A stretch of DNA of 64,000 nt, from positions 68,361-132,360 of the forward strand of contig JAMLID010000001.1 in the NCBI GenBank assembly GCA_023954355.1. Direction: 5' to 3'. A model generated the notes under the pieces. The model had not been told where the DNA came from. It searched no databases and worked only from the letters and a program-made list of their open reading frames with translations. Shown here piece by piece: positions 51,896 to 60,751 of this stretch. The position numbers were made by a program, and so were the translations under genes. Positions within the stretch are counted from its first letter, which is position 1. Each line of letters opens with the position of its first letter. This DNA comes from Oligoflexia bacterium. GTDB lineage: Bacteria > Bdellovibrionota > UBA1018 > CAIPTA01.

Positions 51896-52480
51896 TTAAA
51901 GAGTGTATCGGCCTAAAATTAAGTAGCTATAATATACCCATTTGCTCTCTGTTTTTTGAAGACTAAGAGGATAATTTAATCCATCAAGATCAATATTGAG
52001 GGTGTCTTGTGCTGGAGAACCTAAGAAAATTTTCTCTATATTTTCGCTTTTCATATATTGGTATGTTTCGTATTTATTTTGATCAGTTGTAACCATCTGC
52101 GGGATTTCCCAAAATTCCATAGAATCGCCTTTGGTTACTAGTTTTGGCTCTCCTTGGATTTCGAAAAATTGAAAATATTTTTTTTCGAACACTTTACGTG
52201 CTCTATCTGCTATTTCTTTTTCTGAGCCGTTTGGGTTTAAAAATTGTGAACAAAGATAAAAGCTGTTTGGTTTTGCTTCACAGGTTGATCCTTCACTTCT
52301 TAGTTTCTCAACTCGTTCTTTTCCTTCTGATGATCCTGTGTATACAGCTTCATATCGTTTTTTTAAAACAACAGAATATTGACCATGAAATTGATATTTC
52401 CCAGGTGCTGGAATTTTTAAGTCTTGAGCTAAGGTTAATGCTGGGGCAAATAAAATAGATAAAATTATTATAATTTTCAT
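51896..52480 (-). CDS. Secreted hypothetical protein
   Basis: Signal peptide MKIIIILSILFAPALTLAQ. Confidence 0.35.
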   Translation of the reverse strand: MKIIIILSILFAPALTLAQDLKIPAPGKYQFHGQYSVVLKKRYEAVYTGSSEGKERVEKLRSEGSTCEAKPNSFYLCSQFLNPNGSEKEIADRARKVFEKKYFQFFEIQGEPKLVTKGDSMEFWEIPQMVTTDQNKYETYQYMKSENIEKIFLGSPAQDTLNIDLDGLNYPLSLQKTESKWVYYSYLILGRYTL

Positions 52481-52507
52481 TGGTGTTTTTTCCTTTCGGT
52501 AAGAGAA

Positions 52508-53203
52508 CTATATAAGGAATAAAAGAAATACCCAAAAAGAACTTATTGTTGGTAATAAAAAACCTAGATATTCATATTCTAAAAATATAATGCTTGACGT
52601 CACTGATCCAAAAATAAAGAATAAAATAATGCCAATGCGGTAGATCGAATTAACTCTTTGAGCACCACGCTCATCTTTGTTTTTCAAGAAAAGAGAAGAA
52701 ATTATAGATTCAGCAAGGTCTGTTGTGATCCCAGTCAAATGAGTCGTGCGAACAAGAATGCCTCTACTATTTACGATGAGCGCATTTTGAACACCACTTG
52801 CAAGGCATAAAAGCGCGACTAATAAAAAATCATTCTTAGGATTAAAGTCAGTAGAAAATTCCCCTAATTTATTTAGATTTCCTAAAAGAGTGCCTAAAGA
52901 GAGAATCAAAAAAATGGTAAAGGTAGGAATCCAGTAATTGGGTTTTAAGGCATTTTTGATTTTAAGACTGACAAAATAGGAAGAATACATGGCCCCTAGC
53001 AAGAAAAATAAGGGCACAAGAATCATACTGAAAGCGGTATAGTAATCTTTTGTTGCTAAATCAAAACCAAAGTGAGTTGCGAATCCAGTAACATGAGTAA
53101 TAAATCTGCCGCAGGCGATGAATCCACCAGCGTTGATGGCGCCAGCCTGAAAGGCCATCAGGCACCAAAGCCAAGGGTTTTCAATTAGACGCTCTCGTTT
53201 CAT
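52508..53203 (-). CDS. YoaK/DUF1275-family membrane protein
   Basis: AGAINAGGFIACGRFITHVTGFATHFG resembles the DUF1275 N-terminal signature. Start placed at the Met that forms an ATGA overlap with the upstream thioesterase gene; the ORF extends to 53236. Confidence 0.45.
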   Translation of the reverse strand: MKRERLIENPWLWCLMAFQAGAINAGGFIACGRFITHVTGFATHFGFDLATKDYYTAFSMILVPLFFLLGAMYSSYFVSLKIKNALKPNYWIPTFTIFLILSLGTLLGNLNKLGEFSTDFNPKNDFLLVALLCLASGVQNALIVNSRGILVRTTHLTGITTDLAESIISSLFLKNKDERGAQRVNSIYRIGIILFFIFGSVTSSIIFLEYEYLGFLLPTISSFWVFLLFLI

Positions 53204-53637
53204 TGCTCTAGTAGAGGTACTACAGCAATTGTGCATCGAGAGCTACAGACGAGTTTTTTCTCTGCATTGTGAATTTCAATTTGCCAAACCTGTGTTTTTT
53301 TACCGATATGAATAGGACGACCAACGGCATTGACTGTATTGCCAGCTTTAACGCCACGAATATGGTTTGCATTTATTTCTAAGCCTACTATCTTATGTGT
53401 TCTTGTATCGACATGTAAGATGGCGGCAATTGATGCAAGTGTTTCTGCTAGTGCAACAGATGCGCCTCCATGTAAATAACCATAGTACTGTACCGTTCTT
53501 TTATCGACAGGCATGGTTGCGGTAATTTCAGATTTAGATAAGGTTTTAATTTCAATCCCTAATGTTTCAACCATTGTGATGGTATTGGGATCACGAATAA
53601 ACTTCCACAGTTCTTCTTCTATCGATAAGTTGCTCAT
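53200..53637 (-). CDS. PaaI/YbgC-type hotdog acyl-CoA thioesterase
   Basis: ...YGYLHGGASVALAETLAS...HIRGVKAGNTVNAVGRPIHIGKKTQVWQIEI..., characteristic of PaaI-like thioesterases. Confidence 0.65.
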   Translation of the reverse strand: MSNLSIEEELWKFIRDPNTITMVETLGIEIKTLSKSEITATMPVDKRTVQYYGYLHGGASVALAETLASIAAILHVDTRTHKIVGLEINANHIRGVKAGNTVNAVGRPIHIGKKTQVWQIEIHNAEKKLVCSSRCTIAVVPLLEQ

Positions 53638-54497
53638 GGTGTGGGTGCTTGGTTTAGGGGGGCCGCAGTATCTACTTTAGGCGCTGTTTCGGGTAGTCCA
53701 GCGGTTGCTGGTGATGTGTCTATAGTTGTTTCACTAGCAGAAGATTTTTGTTCTGCTTGGCTTTTAATTTTCGTTTTAATGAGCTCAAGAACGCCAAATA
53801 CACGTTTTGCATTTATACCAAAGTCAGTTTTAATATTAACTCTGGAGCGTGAGCGAATATGCACAAACGATGTAGATTCTGGACCATCTCTTACTTGAAT
53901 GGCAAAGTCATCTGTTAGTGAGTACTGTTTTGTTTTAGCGACGAATTCAAACTTTCTTTCTTCAGCATTTTTGTACACTAAATGTAATTCTTCAAAAGAC
54001 GAGATAGCAGCGTCTAGCTCTTGATATACGAGTGCGGGCAATGCATTTATTTTAAAAGGCATTACATAGGGATACAAGGCTTTTTGTTGTTCTGCGTATT
54101 CTGGATGATATTGACGATCGATTAAGTAGCTATCATCAAGATAAGATTCGCTATTTGGTACAGAAATGCGAAATACGGGATAGGTAAATTCAATTGGTGC
54201 CGAAGGATCAGTTACAATATCACTCAAAGGATTGTTATATCCAATATAACCAAGCCAAGCGGCTCCAGCTATAACAGGCAAGGCAAAAAATAAGGGTAGT
54301 TTTGCAGTTTTTCCTTTTCTTTTTATTACAAGGCCTAGAAGAGCAAAAAGAAGAATTGCTATTGCAGAGCCTATGCTTAGATATAAGCCGAACGTTGAAG
54401 AAAAGATTTCTTCTGTGGCTCCATACCAACCAAGGATTCCTGTAGCGACTGCAATGAGAGATAAAAAGGAAAACATTAGCTTTTCCAACTTTGCCAA
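53634..54497 (-). CDS. Hypothetical membrane protein
   Basis: Two or three N-terminal transmembrane helices. Pro/Ala/Thr-rich C-terminus. Confidence 0.3.
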   Translation of the reverse strand: MAKLEKLMFSFLSLIAVATGILGWYGATEEIFSSTFGLYLSIGSAIAILLFALLGLVIKRKGKTAKLPLFFALPVIAGAAWLGYIGYNNPLSDIVTDPSAPIEFTYPVFRISVPNSESYLDDSYLIDRQYHPEYAEQQKALYPYVMPFKINALPALVYQELDAAISSFEELHLVYKNAEERKFEFVAKTKQYSLTDDFAIQVRDGPESTSFVHIRSRSRVNIKTDFGINAKRVFGVLELIKTKIKSQAEQKSSASETTIDTSPATAGLPETAPKVDTAAPLNQAPTP

Positions 54498-55579
54498 TAA
54501 TTTTGGACTTCAAGTGTATCCATAGAGGGATCTCTTTCAAGTGGATAGCGAGAGTCTATCATTACTGCGTATTCGTTTGTGAACTCCATGCCTTTGATCT
54601 TTTCAAACGCTTTAGGGTGTGGCCCATGAGGGAAGCCCGCAGGGTGAAAACTCATCATTCCAGAGTGAAGATTCGATCGCGAAAAGAAATCTCCATTGTG
54701 ATAAAAAAGAACTTCATCGTAATCTATATTTTGGTGATAAAAAGGAACCTTCAAAGCATCGTCATCAAACTCAATCGGTCGAGGAACAAAAGAGCAAACA
54801 ACAAAATTTGGAGCCACAAAAGTAGTATGTGCAGAAGGAGGTAGATGAGATCTGTGGCTCATAAGTGGCATGAGCTGATCCATGTTTAGTTTGAAGGGGA
54901 ATAAATCACCTTTCCAACCAAGAATATCAAAAATACATTCTTCATACTCAAAGCGAGTGATTTGGTCTGTGTGTTTTACGTCTACTTCTATGCAGCTTAA
55001 ATTATTTTTCTTAAGGTATGCATGCAATTCTTCTAGATTGGGAAGAACTAGTTGAGCCGTATCATAGACTGCGTTTTTGCCTACCATGCCTCGGTCTGGT
55101 TCGTTAAAAGAGCCTGTTTTACTTTCAATAAGTAAAAATTGTGAGTTCGCGTCAGGTAAGAAGATATGTCCAAAGCATTTAGGAATCACAATATAGTCAC
55201 CAGGTCGATAATCAAAGATTCCATATTCTGTTAAGAGCTTGCCTGTTCCTATATGAGCAAAATAAATACTATCACCATCGGCATTACGAAAAGCGGTTAG
55301 CTGTTTGGCCTCGTTTGGTTTTATCCATTGGTTGTATATAGAGATATCTTTATTAAAAAGTAAGCGCTGTCGTTTTCCACTTGCGTCGGCTTTTACAAGA
55401 TCGAACATCCTTGGTTTCAATGGACCATCAATTGTTTTCCAACGAGTAGATGCTTGTTTTCGAATGAGGTGAGATACGGGTCCAAAAAAACCTTTTCTTC
55501 CTTGTTCTTCTTCTACTCTACCTTCGGGTATTCCCTTATGAGCTTGTTTTGTATGTATGCCTTGTGCTGTAAAATACAT
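54476..55579 (-). CDS. hmgA: Homogentisate 1,2-dioxygenase-like cupin protein
   Basis: C-terminal ...FYHNGDFFSRSNLHSGMMSFHPAGFPHGPHPKAFEK... aligns with the HGD active-site region (YYHRN...TPHGPD..FEK). About 60-80 residues shorter than canonical HGD. Confidence 0.55.
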   Translation of the reverse strand: MYFTAQGIHTKQAHKGIPEGRVEEEQGRKGFFGPVSHLIRKQASTRWKTIDGPLKPRMFDLVKADASGKRQRLLFNKDISIYNQWIKPNEAKQLTAFRNADGDSIYFAHIGTGKLLTEYGIFDYRPGDYIVIPKCFGHIFLPDANSQFLLIESKTGSFNEPDRGMVGKNAVYDTAQLVLPNLEELHAYLKKNNLSCIEVDVKHTDQITRFEYEECIFDILGWKGDLFPFKLNMDQLMPLMSHRSHLPPSAHTTFVAPNFVVCSFVPRPIEFDDDALKVPFYHQNIDYDEVLFYHNGDFFSRSNLHSGMMSFHPAGFPHGPHPKAFEKIKGMEFTNEYAVMIDSRYPLERDPSMDTLEVQNYWQSWKS

Positions 55580-55661
55580 TGCTCACCTCTTTCCCTAGGA
55601 GCTTATCACTTTTATAGTGGGTAGCGAAGAGGAAACATTTCTTGCTGCGGGTTGTAATTTT

Positions 55662-56750
55662 TTAAAGATAGTAGTGCATCAGTAAGGTGGCATAATCTTC
55701 AAATTCTCTACTCACTTGTAGATTTTTCTTTTGGTATAGAGAAAGAGAAAATTCAAAATGTGGTCTTGGGTACCAAGTGGCCCCTACTCCCGTGCTTAAT
55801 TGAAAGCTCGTATTTAGATCGTTATCTGCTTTCAAAAAATCGCTTAGAGCCAATAAATGAAATCCTTGAAAAAGCTCATAGCCAAGGTGAGAAAAAAAGG
55901 CCCAACTTTCTACTCTATCTACTTGTCCTATTTTATTTTTTTTAGACTGAAAATCTAACTCGGTCATTAAATATAACTTTTTAGTAAATCCTAAAATTCC
56001 GTGACCTGCTAGAATCCATCGATCAAATTTTTCGGTAGATCCGTTCCAAAGGCTTGCTCCAACTCGATGAGAGCTTAAGAAAAAACGTTCTACTTGTAAT
56101 GAGGCAGATCTTTCGTTATTTGCTAAGCGAGATTCGGTTCTTGCTTGAGATACTGAACCGGCTATATGCCACTCTTCCCCATTCCAATGAGTTTCTAAGG
56201 CATTTCTTTCACTCGTATGGCCAAAACCTAAAAAGCCTCTTGAGGGGAGTGTGTGGTTTGGGTGATTAATGCCAAAGACAGGGACAAAGCGGCCTAATCG
56301 AAACTGTACTTCGTCTCTGGCTTGATAGTTTATAGAAAATCGAGTGAATCCTCCTTTGATATGGTTTTCTTGATCGGGTTTTCCGTATGAGGCGACAATA
56401 GAGATGGCATCAAGAGAAACGGCGGCTTCTAAAGATGATTGCATTAAAATATATCGACCTTCTCTAATAGATTTATTTTCTCGATGAACTTGTAGGGCTC
56501 TTATGTCACCGCCAATATTAATGGCTTTTGGCATTTTTTCTGGCTTGATTGCACCATGCATGAATAAAGCTTCGTTTTCGTAGCTCCAGGTGCTGAGGGC
56601 TTCTGCAGAAATCATTCGTCCATATTCGTTAAGCAAGCCACCTCCATTAGAGCTTACATGGCAAGAGTTACAATTCATATACCCATGCCGTACCATTTCT
56701 GGAAAGGCATGGGCGGCATGAGAAAGTGCTACGAGAATTAAAAAAATCAT
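55662..56750 (-). CDS. Cyc2-like fused mono-heme cytochrome c / outer-membrane beta-barrel protein
   Basis: Signal peptide, then a single CxxCH (NCNSCH) within 15 residues of the mature N-terminus. About 330 aa follow with alternating amphipathic beta-strand character, ending in an aromatic-rich C-terminus (HYYL). Confidence 0.5.
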   Translation of the reverse strand: MIFLILVALSHAAHAFPEMVRHGYMNCNSCHVSSNGGGLLNEYGRMISAEALSTWSYENEALFMHGAIKPEKMPKAINIGGDIRALQVHRENKSIREGRYILMQSSLEAAVSLDAISIVASYGKPDQENHIKGGFTRFSINYQARDEVQFRLGRFVPVFGINHPNHTLPSRGFLGFGHTSERNALETHWNGEEWHIAGSVSQARTESRLANNERSASLQVERFFLSSHRVGASLWNGSTEKFDRWILAGHGILGFTKKLYLMTELDFQSKKNKIGQVDRVESWAFFSHLGYELFQGFHLLALSDFLKADNDLNTSFQLSTGVGATWYPRPHFEFSLSLYQKKNLQVSREFEDYATLLMHYYL

Positions 56751-57331
56751 AAAGCTTTCTTTTGAATAAGAGCTGTTGTTTGAACATCAACAATGTCTGC
56801 AACTGTGATTCCTAAATAAGAAGGTACAGGAATAGCAAAATCTTTTAATTGAATTTTAAAATTAGCGTTTAGTTTTCCCTTTTGAATTTGGAATGTTCCT
56901 TCAACGGCTTTTTTTACGCCATGAAATTCTAAAGTTCCTGTAAATGGAGCTTCTTTTGAATCGAGCTTATTTTCGAAATCATCGCTAACTGCCAAGTCTT
57001 GAATGCTTAGGGTTGCTTCAGGATATTTTTCTGTTTCTAAATATTTTTCTTTCATATGCTTATTTCGCAAATCTATTCCAGTGTCGAAGCTATCTATTTT
57101 AACAATAATTGTGCCAGATAGTTTTTTGTTTTTCACCTCAAGATTTCCATTGAGATCGTTAGATTTACCTTTGATTTTTAGCATTGAAGGTTTTCCTGTT
57201 GCTAAAAATTCGAGTTCTCCGGATGCGATATCTAGAGGGATATTGGCAAATGCAGATATTTGAAAAAATATCGATATTGTTGCTATTAGTATGATTTTCA
57301 TATTTTCTCCTTTGTTAATTATTGGGGGCAC
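56747..57331 (-). CDS. YceI-family periplasmic (polyisoprenoid-binding-like) protein
   Basis: Signal peptide. DSFDTGIDLRNKHMKEKYLETEKYPEATL matches the YceI signature. Overlaps the neighbours on both sides. Confidence 0.7.
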   Translation of the reverse strand: MPPIINKGENMKIILIATISIFFQISAFANIPLDIASGELEFLATGKPSMLKIKGKSNDLNGNLEVKNKKLSGTIIVKIDSFDTGIDLRNKHMKEKYLETEKYPEATLSIQDLAVSDDFENKLDSKEAPFTGTLEFHGVKKAVEGTFQIQKGKLNANFKIQLKDFAIPVPSYLGITVADIVDVQTTALIQKKAL

Positions 57332-57944
57332 CTAAAGCTATCCATCGAAGTAAGAGGTTTTTTTCTTCTTCTGTTAGTTGAGTCGCATCAAAGGGGGGCA
57401 TTGATCCTTGGCTGACTTCAAGGTTAATTGCATCTAAACTTGCTAATACGCTTTCGTAATCTTTCACAAGGCCTCTACCGTGACAGCGAGAGCATTTTAG
57501 TTGAAATACAAATTGATTTACTACTTGGTAAGTAGGATTTTCTAATTCTTCTGGTGATGGTCTAGTTCTAGGCGGTATAGGCTGTGGTTGAGGGGTAGTT
57601 TCCCCTGGTTTAAACTCTGGAGCGCCATCGGCCATCCAAGCCAATATGGCATTAATTTCTTCGTTTTTTAGTTTCCCTGAGGGAGGCATGGCTCCAGGGC
57701 TGCGTTCGGATCGTAAAATTCTATCTTTAATGAAGTCTAAGTTTTCAAGAACACTAGTGTAATTTGAAAAGATATCTCCTCCATGACAGCGAGCGCACTT
57801 TGGCTGAAAGACCATTTGATTAATTTCGGCAAACGAAATGTTTTTTAAGTTTGATGCAAGATCAACTTCTTGCTTGTCTACTCGGTAACTGCAAGATGAT
57901 GCTAAGAGGAGAAGAGTGTAAATGAGTAATTGTGCTTTTTTCAT
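57315..57944 (-). CDS. Diheme c-type cytochrome (two mono-heme repeats)
   Basis: Two repeats, each with CxxCH (CARCH, CSRCH) and a downstream MPP(S/F) candidate Met ligand. Lipoprotein-like signal LLLLASSC. Confidence 0.75.
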   Translation of the reverse strand: MKKAQLLIYTLLLLASSCSYRVDKQEVDLASNLKNISFAEINQMVFQPKCARCHGGDIFSNYTSVLENLDFIKDRILRSERSPGAMPPSGKLKNEEINAILAWMADGAPEFKPGETTPQPQPIPPRTRPSPEELENPTYQVVNQFVFQLKCSRCHGRGLVKDYESVLASLDAINLEVSQGSMPPFDATQLTEEEKNLLLRWIALGAPNN

Positions 57945-57969
57945 ATGAAAATCTTCTCCTCTTCTTTTT

Positions 57970-58350
57970 TTATTGAGTTACAACCTGAATGCTTCCGGCC
58001 ATTCCGTTGCCTTGGGTATCACCATGATTTGTACAAAAGTAAGAATACTCACCTACTCCAGGCATTCTTTGTGTGACGGCTACTTCAGCATCAGTATCCA
58101 TAACAAAGGGATTGTCGTTCGTAGGGTTTTGAATCCCTTGGAGTGGATGTCGCTTGCTGGCCTGTATGGTGATGACTGTTCCTGGCAGCACTCTTAGGCA
58201 TTTTGGGCTATAGCCCATGCCCTGAGTTTTGATTTCTACATTAGCCTCACTGGTGAATACATAGTCAGTTTCTGTACAACTTGTATTGGCCAAGGCTGAA
58301 CTAGCTGAAATTAAAGAAAAAATTGTAGTTAAAAGTAATTGTGATCTCAT
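57970..58350 (-). CDS. Cupredoxin-like (type-1 blue copper) protein
   Basis: Signal peptide from the internal Met (MRSQLLLTTIFSLISASSALA). C-terminal YFCTNHGDTQGNGM (Cys-x2-His...Met) and an upstream His. Small beta-sandwich size. ORF extends to 58458. Confidence 0.5.
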   Translation of the reverse strand: MRSQLLLTTIFSLISASSALANTSCTETDYVFTSEANVEIKTQGMGYSPKCLRVLPGTVITIQASKRHPLQGIQNPTNDNPFVMDTDAEVAVTQRMPGVGEYSYFCTNHGDTQGNGMAGSIQVVTQ

Positions 58351-58443
58351 TTTGTTTCTCCTTCTTGTAGAAAGAGTAAAGCAAAAAAACTTGCGTTGTA
58401 ACGAGGAGCGTCTTATAAAAATGATGAGATTTGAAGGGATTTT

Positions 58444-60249
58444 ATGGAGCTCACTCAATTACATTCCCTCTTTGAGAAAGGTAAGTTTCGGCAGCTTGTA
58501 GATGAGCTGTTTGATAGCCCGAAGAGAAAAAAGCTAAGCCAAGGTGATATTGTATCGCTAGTGGCAGCGCTTAGCTTTTTAGGTCGTATGGATGAAGCGA
58601 ACGCCCTTTTTCAATCGAGTAAAAAGACGGTTCAGCAAAAAAGTTTTTTGGTAGCTTGTCGATTTTTTTTAGGAATTTCTTACTATCGAATTGCACAAAT
58701 TGACAAAGCAAAAGAGTTTTTTTTATTAAATGAGCAGACTAATTCAGAAAATCCAATGGATAATTTTTTTATTCATCAAGGGCAAACTTTTCAATTTTAT
58801 TATTTAGGTCAGTATTCGTTGGCCGTAAGTACAGCTATGAAGGCTAGAGATTGTGCCATATATGCAGAAAGTATTTATGCAAGAGTATTGTCGACCGATG
58901 CGTTAGGCGTAATTAATGTCAATCTTGGAAACATCAATAAAGGCCTGATGCATTTAGAAGAAGCTAAGAATTTGTCCTTGAAATTAGGCAATATAAGCAC
59001 GGCATCTTCGATTGCTACAACTTCTATAATGGTAAAGTCAGAGGCTGGTAAGTTAGGTAAAAACAGCATTCAAGAGTTAGAAAATCATCTAAGTACGTTA
59101 GCGGCTGAGGACACGTTTGCCTATTCAAATTTGTGTATGGAAATTGCCCGACAAAGTACTTTGCGTGGCGATTATTTAAACGCAGACAGAGTTTTAAAAA
59201 ATGCATCAGATTATATCTACGCGCAAAATAATCGAAGGCATGAGATGCAATTAAACCTAAGGTGGGCAGAACTTTTTTATCAAAAGGGAGACACCTTTCA
59301 AGCAAAGCACTTTGTTCGTTCTGCAAAGCGGTTGGTAGATGAAAATTTAGATAAATCTTATCTCTTACGCATTTTGGCTTTTGAAATAAAACTAGCTGAT
59401 TCCTCTGATCAAAAATCTAAATTAACCAGAGAATGGATTGATTTTTATATTAAAATGAAAAATGAATCTTACGGTACGTTTCGAGATCAAAATTTTTACG
59501 CAACATTAAAATCGGATAGATCTTTTGAGTGTGTAGAAGATGAAGTCTATTTAGTGAGAAAAAAAGCCGCAGAACTTTTGGACAAGAGCGAAAAAATTGA
59601 ATTGTACCTAGATCATTTGTTTTTAACAGACATACGAGATGAACTAAATCTTTCTAAGGCAAGGCGGATTATTTGTGAAATCCCTAATGAAAAAGGACTT
59701 TTAATTTTAGATAAAGACGTAATCCGATACGGGAAAAAGCCACTAACGCCAACACAGAGAAAGATATTGGAATCTTTTTCTAAGGGGGTTCTTTCGAAGG
59801 AAGATTTAGTGAAGCGTGTTTGGGGGTATAAGTACAATTCATTAAGGCATGATCCTATGGTTTATTCTGCGATTAGTGGATTAAGAAAAGACTTGGGTGA
59901 GGCAAGCTCATGGGTGCAAATAGTAGAAGAAGGGTATTTTTTAGATGCCGAATTTAAGGCTAGTTCTGAAAAGGTAAGTGCTTTATTAAAAGAGAGTGTT
60001 GATGATAAAGCTTTAGAAGAAGCAGATGCCCTGCCCTTAAATCACCGGCAACTTCAGATTATTGATTGGATGAGGCGTGAACATTCGTTTTTATCAGTAA
60101 ACGACTGTAAAAAAAGATTTAAACGCTCAGAAATTACCTGCCTCAGAGACCTTGACGGATTGCGCAAGCTTGGGTTAGTGATGAGGGTAGGAAAAGCAAG
60201 GGCAACAAGGTATATGTTAAAAGAAAACTATGGAGGATCTTTAAAATGA
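58444..60249 (+). CDS. Large multi-domain transcriptional regulator: TPR-like N-terminal region + OmpR/PhoB-type winged helix + C-terminal DeoR-like HTH
   Basis: LTPTQRKILESF..LSKEDLVKRVWGYKYNSLRHDPMVYSAISGLRKDL matches the OmpR-C (trans_reg_C) signature. The C-terminal LNHRQLQIIDWMRREHSFLSVNDCKKRFKRSEITCLRDLDGLRKLGLV resembles a DeoR-type HTH. Confidence 0.55.
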   Translation: MELTQLHSLFEKGKFRQLVDELFDSPKRKKLSQGDIVSLVAALSFLGRMDEANALFQSSKKTVQQKSFLVACRFFLGISYYRIAQIDKAKEFFLLNEQTNSENPMDNFFIHQGQTFQFYYLGQYSLAVSTAMKARDCAIYAESIYARVLSTDALGVINVNLGNINKGLMHLEEAKNLSLKLGNISTASSIATTSIMVKSEAGKLGKNSIQELENHLSTLAAEDTFAYSNLCMEIARQSTLRGDYLNADRVLKNASDYIYAQNNRRHEMQLNLRWAELFYQKGDTFQAKHFVRSAKRLVDENLDKSYLLRILAFEIKLADSSDQKSKLTREWIDFYIKMKNESYGTFRDQNFYATLKSDRSFECVEDEVYLVRKKAAELLDKSEKIELYLDHLFLTDIRDELNLSKARRIICEIPNEKGLLILDKDVIRYGKKPLTPTQRKILESFSKGVLSKEDLVKRVWGYKYNSLRHDPMVYSAISGLRKDLGEASSWVQIVEEGYFLDAEFKASSEKVSALLKESVDDKALEEADALPLNHRQLQIIDWMRREHSFLSVNDCKKRFKRSEITCLRDLDGLRKLGLVMRVGKARATRYMLKENYGGSLK

Positions 60250-60713
60250 AGGTAATGGTTTTTTGGGGTTTAACTTTGTTGATCTCTACATCTTCTTACG
60301 CTGGATATAAAGCAAACTATCGAGTACCTGTTGAGCAAAATTTAGAAGCCTACTCTATGTATCCTATAGATCACTTTAAATTTTCTCAAAGAGGGCAAAA
60401 AGTAGTTATTGAATATGATTTACCAGAGACACTAGCAGGTGAAAAAAATCGAGCTAGAATTACTGGTGAAATCATCAACGGACAGATGATGGCATATACC
60501 CCCATGGGTGAGTTTCGCTGTTTCTTTCATGCGAATAATATAAACATGTGTAAAGTTCACTACAGCAATAGAATTAGAACAAGTATAGAGAAGGTAGAAG
60601 CGGCTTTAGTTGAAAGTGGAGTTTCTCAAGAAGAGATTCCTTTTCGTTTAGAGGTGGCAAGAACGTTTGGTGGCGACTTGCAGGGCGAACTGTTTTTTTA
60701 TCAAACTCGTTAG
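60246..60713 (+). CDS. Secreted hypothetical protein
   Basis: Signal peptide. Overlaps the regulator stop. Confidence 0.35.
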   Translation: MKVMVFWGLTLLISTSSYAGYKANYRVPVEQNLEAYSMYPIDHFKFSQRGQKVVIEYDLPETLAGEKNRARITGEIINGQMMAYTPMGEFRCFFHANNINMCKVHYSNRIRTSIEKVEAALVESGVSQEEIPFRLEVARTFGGDLQGELFFYQTR

Positions 60714-60721
60714 TTCTATCT

Positions 60722-60751
60722 GCGCCCTACTATTGGGCGCTTTTATCTTTT
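60722..60751. terminator. Rho-independent bidirectional terminator
   Basis: gcgccc-tactatt-gggcgc-ttttatctttt. Confidence 0.55.
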
